This document shows, one piece after another, positions 19,191-27,265 of a stretch of 64,000 bases of DNA. The DNA comes from Sulfurospirillaceae bacterium. GTDB lineage: Bacteria > Campylobacterota > Campylobacteria > Campylobacterales > Sulfurospirillaceae. The notes beneath the pieces are model-generated. The model saw only the letters and a program-made list of their open reading frames with translations. It made no database searches and had not been told where the DNA came from. Location of the stretch: the NCBI GenBank assembly GCA_033723415.1, contig JAWVXD010000001.1:397090-461089 (forward strand). Reading direction: 5' to 3'. The translations under genes were made by a program, and so were the position numbers. Numbering within the stretch: the stretch's first letter is position 1; every line of letters starts with the position of its first letter.

Positions 19191-19325
19191 ATGGACTTAA
19201 CACAAGCAAGCAACGCAGTCGGAGCACAAATAAAAGAAGGGATCATACAATCTGGTAAAGATATCGGTTTTAAGATTACACTTGGTTTATGTATTATTGC
19301 AATCGCAATTTATGCTAAAAAGTAG
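19191..19325 (+). CDS. Provirus micro membrane protein (44 aa, MDLTQASNAVG...ITLGLCIIAIAIYAKK)
   Basis: Starts 1 nt after previous stop; C-terminal TM plus KK; ends at terminator; not in ORF track. Confidence 0.65.
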   Translation: MDLTQASNAVGAQIKEGIIQSGKDIGFKITLGLCIIAIAIYAKK

Positions 19326-19350
19326 TGACGAGATCTCGTCACACTTTTTT
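19325..19350 (+). terminator. Rho-independent terminator of the virion operon
   Basis: Palindrome GTGACGAGATCTCGTCAC followed by T-run. Confidence 0.75.
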
Positions 19351-19569
19351 AATCTCTTTTTTGTCTTAAGTTTCAAATCAACCTTAAGCCTTTTTCTATC
19401 TCGGATCTCCTGGCGCTGCACAAATCAAAACTACTATAAAATCGACATTTCATTTTTTAAAAAATTTATAAAATCGTTTAAGTTTCAAAATAACCTTAAA
19501 CGATTTTATTCATATAGATCTTCTTCTTTATGATATACTTTTCTAAAAATTTATATCAAAAGGCTTTAT

Positions 19570-19968
19570 ATGACAAAAATTATACTCTCAAGCATAGCGA
19601 TATCCGCCCTATTCTTTGGATGTGCTAGTAAAGAGCCATTATCAACCGTTGAAGCAACTGACTACGCTATGAGCTGCAATGCTCTTATAAGTGAAATTAG
19701 CGACATAAGATCACAACTACAAACGGAAGAAACTACAAATGAAGCTAAAAATATCATCGGTAAAACTTTAACATTCGGAATTTATAGCGCAGACAATGAA
19801 AAAGCCATACTTTTGCGCGAACGTGCAAAGAGTTTACAGCTTATATATACAATAAAACAAGCAAAAAATGAGTGCAAACAACTAACTGAAAAAGATCTAC
19901 AAGTAAATAGCACACCCGTGAGAGAAATAAAAAATCTAAAAGCACAAACAAAAGAGCTTAAAAATTAA
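19570..19968 (+). CDS. Provirus lipoprotein (separately transcribed moron)
   Basis: Signal peptide with lipobox LFFG-C; extended -10 TGATATACT at 19531-19539; AAGG RBS. Confidence 0.8.
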   Translation: MTKIILSSIAISALFFGCASKEPLSTVEATDYAMSCNALISEISDIRSQLQTEETTNEAKNIIGKTLTFGIYSADNEKAILLRERAKSLQLIYTIKQAKNECKQLTEKDLQVNSTPVREIKNLKAQTKELKN

Positions 19969-20005
19969 TTTCGCGCCAGATCTTTACGTTCAAACTCAAA
20001 AACTA

Positions 20006-20285
20006 TAAATTTACCCTTTCAGGATTAATTCTTTGAGGGTAAATTTAAACAATCTCAAAAATTATAGGTACTTGCCTATAAATAAAAAAAATTGATTGTA
20101 GAGCGTTTGAGAGCGTTTTTTTACTCAATAAAATCTCAACTTCAAAAATCTTTCACATATAAACAGCTTATGTACGGTGCTTTGATCCTAAATCAAAGCA
20201 CTAAAAAGCACGCGACAGCGTGTTTCATCCTAAGAGCAAAGAAAAACACAGCCGCGAGGCTGTTTCCTTATTGAGTCGCAGCGAC
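20006..20285. other. Non-coding cluster of hairpins
   Basis: TAAATTTACCCT/AGGGTAAATTTA, TTATAGG/CCTATAA, GTGCTTTGAT/ATCAAAGCAC, CACGC/GCGTG, ACAGCC-GCGA-GGCTGT. Confidence 0.55.
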
Positions 20286-20365
20286 GCGAAAATCAAATCA
20301 AGCCTAAATAATATTATTTATCTAAGATATCTATCAAAAAAAGACTTTGTATATATATAGGAAAC

Positions 20366-20439
20366 CTAGTGTCTCATAGACACCAGAAAGTAATGACCTA
20401 GTGTTTCATAGACACTAGCTGTTGTCTCACAGACACTAG
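20366..20439. repeat. Three 21-bp palindromic repeats (consensus CTAGTGTCTCATAGACACTAG), candidate origin iterons
   Basis: Copies at 20366-20386, 20398-20418, 20419-20439, followed by an all-AT tract 20440-20474. Confidence 0.75.
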
Positions 20440-20594
20440 ATAATAAAAAATTTATTAATTTTTTAAAAAATTAAGCTTGGTTTAAAAAGTTTAGTATTAG
20501 AATGGTGCTTTAAGTTTCAAAGCTACGAAGAGTAGCCGTGCAATGCTTGCAACAAAACACGGCTTACAAATACAACCTATTACGGAGGTTATAA

Positions 20595-20777
20595 ATGTAT
20601 TACAATCAAATTATATCCACAAATCCTTTCAATATACTTAAATTTTCTTCAAAATCAAAATTAACCTTAAACAAAAAAAATGTTATAAAGTTTGAAAATA
20701 ATATTTCAAAATACCCTATTTATCGAAGTTTTGAAATGGTGTCAACTATAATTTCCAAACTTTTATTAATATGCTAG
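20595..20777 (+). CDS. ORF crossing attR; 60 aa when integrated, 80 aa in the predicted circle
   Basis: GGAGG RBS at 20585-20589; frame stays open across the rejoined att site to TGA at 11621-11623. Confidence 0.55.
   Translation: MYYNQIISTNPFNILKFSSKSKLTLNKKNVIKFENNISKYPIYRSFEMVSTIISKLLLIC
20744..20767 (+). repeat. attR: difH right arm with degenerate left arm
   Basis: AACTATAATTTCCAAACTTTTATT matches 11530-11553 at 22 of 24 positions. Confidence 0.85.
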
Positions 20778-20782
20778 ATAAT

Positions 20783-20812
20783 AGAGAGTCCAAATAATAT
20801 ATTGGACTCTCT
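20783..20812. terminator. Stem-loop terminator between provirus and Sel1 gene
   Basis: AGAGAGTCCAA/TTGGACTCTCT 11-bp stem between convergent transcription units. Confidence 0.7.
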
Positions 20813-20830
20813 TCTTTGAATCTAAGTTTA

Positions 20831-22603
20831 TTATTTTTTATCACAAAGGTTTGAATATAGTTTGCACAAATAATTCAAACCTTTTACAGCAAACTTATTA
20901 CCTTGTTTTGATGCTCTCTCAAATTCTTCTTTTGCTTTATACACATCTTTATCCACTCCAAACCCTTTGAAATACATATAACCAAGCATGTATTGAGCTT
21001 TTGAATAATTCTGTTTTGCCGCTTTTTGATAAAATCTAAAAGCAACATCATATTTTTTAGGTACACCATGTCCCAAATAATACATATTTCCCATATTATA
21101 CTGTGATGGTGCATAGTTTTTCATAGCAGCTTTTAAGTATAATTCTACTGCTTTTTTGTAGTTGATTGGGACACCCCTTCCCATTTGATATACAATACCA
21201 AGATTATTCTCTGCAAGAACATAATTATGATCAGCTGATCTAGTATACCAATACAAGGCTAGTTGATAATCAACTTTCACACCCAGCCCTTTTGTATACA
21301 TATAACCTAAGTTATATTCCGCTTTTGGATAGTTTTTTGTTGCAGCCTTTTTATATAATTTTATAGCAAGTGGATAATTTTGTTTTACGCCTTTTCCTAT
21401 CATGTATAGATTGCCTAAATTATACTCTGCTTCCGGCATATTATATCTAGCTGCTTCTTCATATAATTGAGCTGCCTTCATATAATCTTGCTTTACACCA
21501 TATCCGTATTGATATAATACACCAAGATTATTTAGTGCTTTTGTATCATGTTGAGCTGCAGCCTTTTTATACCACTTAACAGCTTTGGTATAATCAGTCT
21601 TGACTCCTTGTCCGTATGCGTACATGTATCCTAGATTATATTGCGCCTGATGCATATTGTTTTTGGCAGCTTTTTTGTATAGCTCTATAGCCTTGGCATA
21701 ATCAACATCAACGCCATGTCCATACTGGTACATAACACCTAAATTGTTCTGCGCCAAGGGATAATTTTGATCAGCTGCCCTTTTGTACCATTTAAAAGCA
21801 TTTTTGAAGTCCGCAACACCTTTATTATAGTGTTCATAAGCATAACCCAGATTGTACTGGGCTTGAGCCAAGTTTTGTTTAGCTGCTAGAGTATAAAGAG
21901 AAAGGGCTTTATCTTCATCTTTCTCAACACCTCTTCCCAACTCATACATTATTCCTAGATTATTTTGAGCCAATGGGTAATGTTGTGCAGCAGCTTTTTT
22001 ATACCAATACACTGCCTTCTCATAATTTACTTTTACCCCTTGTCCGTATGCATACATATACCCTAGATTATACTGAGCTTCGGGCATATTACTTTGGGCC
22101 GCTTTTTTATACAAGTCTAAAGCTTTAGCATAGTCTTGTGCGACTCCTTTACCTCGTTGATACATATTCCCTAAATTATTTTGAGCCTTATCAAAGTTTT
22201 GATCGGCTGCTTTTTTATACCATCTGAGAGCTTCTTGATAATCAACTGAAGTGCCATCACCTTTTTCATAAATATAAGCTAGATTATATTGTGCCTGAGG
22301 CATATTTTGTTCAGCTGCATGCTTATAGTATTCTATTGCTTTTGAATAGTCTATATCTACACCGTTGCCAAATTGATACATAGTACCTAGGATATACCAA
22401 GCATTTGCATTATTATCTTGAATTGCTGCTTGTTTAAAGTACTTTAGGGCTTGTTCGTACTTGCCTTGGTCATAGTAGTTAATCGCAGTATTAAAAACTT
22501 TGCTATGTGTCATGATTTGACCTGTTTTTGGCTGAGATGTAGCACACCCGCTAAATAAAACTATAGCAATTGTCATACTAATTTGAACAAGAATCTTTCT
22601 CAT
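20831..22603 (-). CDS. Sel1-like repeat lipoprotein
   Basis: Lipobox LFSG-C; about 14 36-aa AQ.NLG.MY..G.GV..DY.KA..WY.KAA repeats. Confidence 0.92.
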   Translation of the reverse strand: MRKILVQISMTIAIVLFSGCATSQPKTGQIMTHSKVFNTAINYYDQGKYEQALKYFKQAAIQDNNANAWYILGTMYQFGNGVDIDYSKAIEYYKHAAEQNMPQAQYNLAYIYEKGDGTSVDYQEALRWYKKAADQNFDKAQNNLGNMYQRGKGVAQDYAKALDLYKKAAQSNMPEAQYNLGYMYAYGQGVKVNYEKAVYWYKKAAAQHYPLAQNNLGIMYELGRGVEKDEDKALSLYTLAAKQNLAQAQYNLGYAYEHYNKGVADFKNAFKWYKRAADQNYPLAQNNLGVMYQYGHGVDVDYAKAIELYKKAAKNNMHQAQYNLGYMYAYGQGVKTDYTKAVKWYKKAAAQHDTKALNNLGVLYQYGYGVKQDYMKAAQLYEEAARYNMPEAEYNLGNLYMIGKGVKQNYPLAIKLYKKAATKNYPKAEYNLGYMYTKGLGVKVDYQLALYWYTRSADHNYVLAENNLGIVYQMGRGVPINYKKAVELYLKAAMKNYAPSQYNMGNMYYLGHGVPKKYDVAFRFYQKAAKQNYSKAQYMLGYMYFKGFGVDKDVYKAKEEFERASKQGNKFAVKGLNYLCKLYSNLCDKK

Positions 22604-22652
22604 ATCTATTCCTTATAAGTTTAGTTTTTATTTTAGAATTTAAACAAAATCT

Positions 22653-23024
22653 CTACTCACCAAAGATGATAACCTCATAGCTGTCTCTTTTTACTATAGG
22701 ATTTTCAACGGTATCGTTGCCTTTTTTATTAAATTTGTTCAATTGTTCTTTCAAATCATCTATAGTTTCTTCATACTCTTTAAGCTTATCTTTGAGTTGG
22801 ATTATAATATCCACACCTGCCAAGTTGACTCCAAGATCACGAGTAAGTCGCTGTATCATTTTGATTTTATCAATATCCTTTTGAGAAAAGAGTCGCATCT
22901 TTCCATCTGTTCTAGAAGGACAGATCAAGCCTTCTCTTTCATATTGTCTTAGTGTTTGAGGATGGATAGTCAAAACTTTTGCAACCACACTTATAAGATA
23001 TACCGGTTCGTCATATGCATGCAT
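22653..23024 (-). CDS. hspR: Heat-shock repressor HspR (MerR family)
   Basis: YDEPVYLISVVAK.L.IHPQTLRQYEREGL..PSRTDG; downstream of cbpA. Confidence 0.93.
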   Translation of the reverse strand: MHAYDEPVYLISVVAKVLTIHPQTLRQYEREGLICPSRTDGKMRLFSQKDIDKIKMIQRLTRDLGVNLAGVDIIIQLKDKLKEYEETIDDLKEQLNKFNKKGNDTVENPIVKRDSYEVIIFGE

Positions 23025-23041
23025 TTTTAATGTCCCCTTTT

Positions 23042-23929
23042 CTACTCTGGTAATTTTTCTTTCATCATCTTTTGTAGATTTTCATCTAGAGCGTTTACAT
23101 CAGGAAGCACGATATTTGCTTTCAAATACAAATCGCCTTTTTCTTGTGTTTTTCTATTGATGACACCATAGCCTTTTACACGAAATTTTTGTGCATTTTT
23201 CGTATTTTCTTTGATTTTTAACGTAACTTCTTTATATGGAGTCTCAACAGTTACTTTTCCTCCAAATAATGCGGTTTTTAAGTTGATATCAACACTTCTT
23301 ACAAGATCATCTCCGTCTCTTTCATATACTGGACTGTCTGCCACCTCTACACTTAAAAAGAGGTCGCCTCTTTGCCCCTGATAAGATTTACCTTTGCCTT
23401 TGAGACGCATTTTCTCACCATTTTTAATACCTGCTGGAATCTTGATATCAAAATTTTCATTATTAAAAGATATTGAATGTTTACCGCCAAGAATAGCAAC
23501 ATTGAAAGGTATCGTTATTCTAGCTTCCACATCTAGATCCGGAGCTTGAAATCCTGAAAATCCTCCATTTGAAAATCCTCCGGAGAACCCTCCTCTGCTA
23601 AAACCGCCAAATCCGGCACCACCCATGCCTCCGCCAAAAATATTTCTCAATATTTCATCTAAATCAGCATTTCCGCCTTGACTAGATGCGAAATCATGGA
23701 AATTTTGGCCACCAAACATATTATCGCCGTATTGATCGTATTTTTTTCTTTTTTCACTATCTTTTAGTATTTCATATGCGGCATTGATCTCTTTAAATTT
23801 TTCTTCTGAGCCCTTTTCTTTATTTACATCAGGATGATATTTCCTTGCTAATCTGCGATATGCTTTTTTTATTTCATCTGCAGATGCATCACTTGAAACA
23901 CCTAATGTGTCGTATAAACTTGCACTCAT
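23042..23929 (-). CDS. cbpA: DnaJ-class co-chaperone CbpA
   Basis: J-domain with HPD, G/F region, DnaJ C-terminal domain, no zinc finger. Confidence 0.9.
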   Translation of the reverse strand: MSASLYDTLGVSSDASADEIKKAYRRLARKYHPDVNKEKGSEEKFKEINAAYEILKDSEKRKKYDQYGDNMFGGQNFHDFASSQGGNADLDEILRNIFGGGMGGAGFGGFSRGGFSGGFSNGGFSGFQAPDLDVEARITIPFNVAILGGKHSISFNNENFDIKIPAGIKNGEKMRLKGKGKSYQGQRGDLFLSVEVADSPVYERDGDDLVRSVDINLKTALFGGKVTVETPYKEVTLKIKENTKNAQKFRVKGYGVINRKTQEKGDLYLKANIVLPDVNALDENLQKMMKEKLPE

Positions 23930-24139
23930 ACCTTTTTACCTCTTGTATTAATTTGATATGAATTCTACCATAAAACTTTAGTCTATGTCAATCAAGGTTA
24001 TAAATATTTGATCGTTCTAGTCATTTATATTATACATAAAATTATACATAAAACTAAGAAAAATAGATTTTTTTTGCTTTATAAAAGATTGTCAGCTCTT
24101 CTATGGTAAAATAATACAAACTCTATATGGGAATAGCTA

Positions 24140-24823
24140 ATGATGAAAATACTTATGATAGAAGATGATTTAGAATTGGCAGAGATCTTATCTGAATACT
24201 TAGAACAATTTGATATCCATACGACTACTGCAGAAGATCCGTATATAGGGCTATCTTATCTGGATAACCAAAAATTTGATCTTGTTATTTTAGATTTGAC
24301 TTTACCAGGTCTTGATGGTTTGCTCGTATGCAAAGAGATAAGAAAAAAGCACTCTATTCCTATCATAATATCATCCGCAAGACACGATTTGACAGATAAA
24401 GTAACAGCTTTGGAAAACGGCGCAGATGATTATATCCCAAAACCATATGATCCACTTGAACTCAGAGCCAGGATCATGAGTTTGCTAAGAAGACATAACC
24501 AAGATTTTGCAATAACAAAAGAATCCAAAAAAGAAGAACCGGATCTAGTGTTAGATGAAGACAAAATGATTATAAAACATATGGGAAAAGAACTCAATTT
24601 AACTGTTGGAGAGTATGAAATATTGGCATATCTCATTAAAAAAACAGGTGGCGTTGTATCTAGAGAAGAGCTTATATATAATGTTGATTCTATAGGAGAA
24701 GACACTACAAATAAAAGCATAGATGTCATCATCGGGCGCATAAGAAATAAATTGAACGAAAATCCAAAAGAACCAAAATATATACACTCAATTCGAGGTA
24801 TTGGCTATAAGTTGACACAATGA
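24140..24823 (+). CDS. OmpR-family response regulator (CprR/ArsR-like)
   Basis: MIEDDLELAE, LDL.LPGLDG, GADDY.PKPY, IRGIGYKL. Confidence 0.92.
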   Translation: MMKILMIEDDLELAEILSEYLEQFDIHTTTAEDPYIGLSYLDNQKFDLVILDLTLPGLDGLLVCKEIRKKHSIPIIISSARHDLTDKVTALENGADDYIPKPYDPLELRARIMSLLRRHNQDFAITKESKKEEPDLVLDEDKMIIKHMGKELNLTVGEYEILAYLIKKTGGVVSREELIYNVDSIGEDTTNKSIDVIIGRIRNKLNENPKEPKYIHSIRGIGYKLTQ

Positions 24824-26052
24824 ACAGAAATTCTATCTTTTACAGTATCACCTTTATCTTTATCATCTCTATAGCCAGTATCATCTTGGCTTTTATGTTT
24901 TTGATGGATTATGATCAACAAAATTATACTGAGAAATTAAATAACAAATACACTATAATTGCCAGAGCTACCCTCTTCCATCTAAATAATTTCATAACAG
25001 AAAAAGAGTTGGAGAAGCAGGTAGAAGGCTATAATATGAAAGAAATGAACGATGCAAAAGAAAAGAATAGAATCATAAAACATGCTTTGGTTTTGCAAAA
25101 GATCACTAATAGAATAGGTACTAGCTCTATACTTGTATATGAAAAACAAAATTATTTGCTTATTGAGCATGGCAGTACGGTACTTCTATTGAAAGACAAT
25201 GATTATCAACCTTACAGATATCATACGATAAGAAGTATTTTTGCATTGATATTACTTATAATCATAACTGCATATATTTTAACCATTAGAAAGATAAAAC
25301 CTCTTAGGAGATTAAAAAGAGAGATGAACAAATTTGCCAAGGGAGACCTGCAAATATCTTGTGCTACTGATGGTGAAGATGAGATATCTCAAGTAGCAAA
25401 CTCATTTCAAAATGCTGTTGATCAAATCAATAAACTTAACAAATCCAGACAATTATTTTTGAGAAATATTATGCATGAGCTAAAAACTCCTATTACAAAA
25501 GGAAGAATAAGTGTAGAAATGATAGGAAACAGCAAACAAAAACAAAGGCTTATAAATGTTTTTGAAAAGTTAGAATTACTTATAAATGAATTTGCCTCTA
25601 TAGAACAAATAACCTCTGGCGAGGGCATAAAAAACGTCAAACCTTATAGACTTAGTGACATTATAGACGAAGCAACAGATTTGGCTATGATTTCAGAAAA
25701 TCAAATAACTATTGATATCGAAAAGAATTATATAGTACATGTTGACTTTAGATTGTTTACAACTGCAATAAAAAATATTATCGACAATGGAATAAAACAC
25801 TCAATAGATAAAAAAGTGATTATAAAAACAACTGAGAATCAAATCATATTTATATCTTTGGGAAATCCTCTTAAGTACGATCTTTCTCACTATATAGAGC
25901 CATTTACTCAAGAAGAGATCACACACAAAAGCTTTGGTTTAGGGATGTATATAGTATATAATATTTTAAAGGCACATAATCTAGAGTTCAAGTATGAACA
26001 TAAAAGCAGTCAAAATTATTTTAGTTTTGAGAATCTAAATAAACTATTTTAG
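24820..26052 (+). CDS. Sensor histidine kinase (CprS/ArsS-like)
   Basis: Two TMs, HAMP, MHELKTPITKG, N..DN, GLGMYIV. Confidence 0.92.
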   Translation: MNRNSIFYSITFIFIISIASIILAFMFLMDYDQQNYTEKLNNKYTIIARATLFHLNNFITEKELEKQVEGYNMKEMNDAKEKNRIIKHALVLQKITNRIGTSSILVYEKQNYLLIEHGSTVLLLKDNDYQPYRYHTIRSIFALILLIIITAYILTIRKIKPLRRLKREMNKFAKGDLQISCATDGEDEISQVANSFQNAVDQINKLNKSRQLFLRNIMHELKTPITKGRISVEMIGNSKQKQRLINVFEKLELLINEFASIEQITSGEGIKNVKPYRLSDIIDEATDLAMISENQITIDIEKNYIVHVDFRLFTTAIKNIIDNGIKHSIDKKVIIKTTENQIIFISLGNPLKYDLSHYIEPFTQEEITHKSFGLGMYIVYNILKAHNLEFKYEHKSSQNYFSFENLNKLF

Positions 26053-26056
26053 AAAC

Positions 26057-27262
26057 TTATTCGTTTCTCAATGTATCTAAGACATTTATCTTAGTAGCTT
26101 TGTAAGATGGATAATATGATGAGAATAAAACAATACAAACAGATCCTGCCAAAATCAAGAAGAAATCAGTTAGAGATAACTCAAGCGGCAACTTTGATGT
26201 TCCATAAACATCTGCAGGCAGGGATACGATATCAAAAGTTCCAAGCAGATATATAGATAAAAGTCCCAGAACAGTACCTATGACGATACCTCCACCACCT
26301 ATAATTGCACCTAAGTAAAAAAATGTATTTTTGATCTCTTTTTTGGTAGCACCCAGTGAAAATAAAAGCGCTATTTCTTTTCTTCTGCTCATGACCGTCA
26401 TCAAAAGTGAACTTATGATATTTAACGATGCTATTAAAATTATCAACATCAAAACTATAAAGAGAGACCTCTTCTCCAAGGCAAGTGCTGAGAAAAAATT
26501 ACCATTCATCTGCCACCACCCTATAACCCCTAGATTTTCCGGCAAAACTTTTTTGATCTTGACTATATCAGAGAAAGGTGTTTTTGAATAAATATGTATA
26601 CCGTCATACGTACCGCTTTTATAATTTAAAATAGTTCTTATAGAATCTAAGGTCGTATACATATAAACTTTATCATAGGCTATCAGTCCTGATTCAAAAT
26701 AACCTTTATATGTAAACCTTTTCATTCTAGGAACCAAAGAAAATCCGCTTGGGTCATTTTGAGTAAAGATAAGGATCAATTTATCTCCGACATTTAAATA
26801 GTTGCTGTCTTTTATCTCTTTACCGACTATTAAGTCATATTTCTTTGGGTTTACGCCTTTGAGAGCTGAATTCAAAACAGAGTTTATTTTCTTTTCTTTG
26901 TTAAAATCAACGCCAAAAAGCAATCCTCCTTCTAGCTTACTTCCTCTTTTAGTAATAACTTGTGAAGATATATAAGGACTAAACAACAGATTCGGAAATT
27001 TTTGTTTTAAAAAATCTAAATCATGAGTATTGACTTTATCAAATGTTTTTGAATATATACTAAGCGGATAATTCATAGTAAAAAGTTTTCTCTCAAACTC
27101 TTTATCAAAGCCATTCATGATGGCCATAGCAACAAGTAAAACAGTTACCCCTACACAAACACCTAGAAAAGCGAGAAAGGCACTGACTGTGATGAAAGGT
27201 TGTGCCTTATCAAATCTTAGATATTTTCTGACAAGGTAGCCGCTTATACTTTTTTTTGCCAT
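26057..27262 (-). CDS. Lipoprotein-releasing ABC transporter permease (LolC/E family)
   Basis: A.MNGF, ALEK..LFIVL.LII..ASLNIISSL, SYYP...A. Confidence 0.9.
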   Translation of the reverse strand: MAKKSISGYLVRKYLRFDKAQPFITVSAFLAFLGVCVGVTVLLVAMAIMNGFDKEFERKLFTMNYPLSIYSKTFDKVNTHDLDFLKQKFPNLLFSPYISSQVITKRGSKLEGGLLFGVDFNKEKKINSVLNSALKGVNPKKYDLIVGKEIKDSNYLNVGDKLILIFTQNDPSGFSLVPRMKRFTYKGYFESGLIAYDKVYMYTTLDSIRTILNYKSGTYDGIHIYSKTPFSDIVKIKKVLPENLGVIGWWQMNGNFFSALALEKRSLFIVLMLIILIASLNIISSLLMTVMSRRKEIALLFSLGATKKEIKNTFFYLGAIIGGGGIVIGTVLGLLSIYLLGTFDIVSLPADVYGTSKLPLELSLTDFFLILAGSVCIVLFSSYYPSYKATKINVLDTLRNE

Positions 27263-27265
27263 AAA

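Larger units (their letters stand above)
11532..20767 (+). mobile_element. Integrase-less ~9.2 kb provirus of a tailless double-jelly-roll virus inserted at difH
   Basis: Direct repeats AACT(G/A)TAATTTCCAAACT(C/T)TTATT at both ends; all genes on + strand and tightly packed; Rep, holin, packaging ATPase, capsid-like protein, lysin. Confidence 0.85.

Noticed and set aside
11620..19325. Filamentous phage (inovirus) interpretation, suggested by dif insertion, an ATPase and tiny hydrophobic ORFs
   Set aside because: ATPase is short with no TM (not Zot/pI-like), there is no HUH or Rep_trans initiator, and holin, lysin and a 319-aa beta-rich capsid candidate indicate a lytic icosahedral particle
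19282..19533. 83-aa ORF spanning terminator and dyad repeats
   Set aside because: No RBS, crosses a clear terminator, low-complexity F/S/K composition
11620..19968. Degraded tailed prophage or satellite
   Set aside because: No terminase, portal, HK97 capsid or tail genes and no visible pseudogenes; ORFs are intact and coupled
20092..20274. 60-aa ORF in the provirus right end
   Set aside because: TTG start without RBS, overlaps the hairpin array; more likely non-coding
20366..20439. Mini CRISPR array
   Set aside because: Repeats are 21 bp with gaps of 11 and 0 bp, and no cas genes are in the window
20831..22603. 108-bp periodicity as a DNA repeat element
   Set aside because: Explained by Sel1 protein repeats
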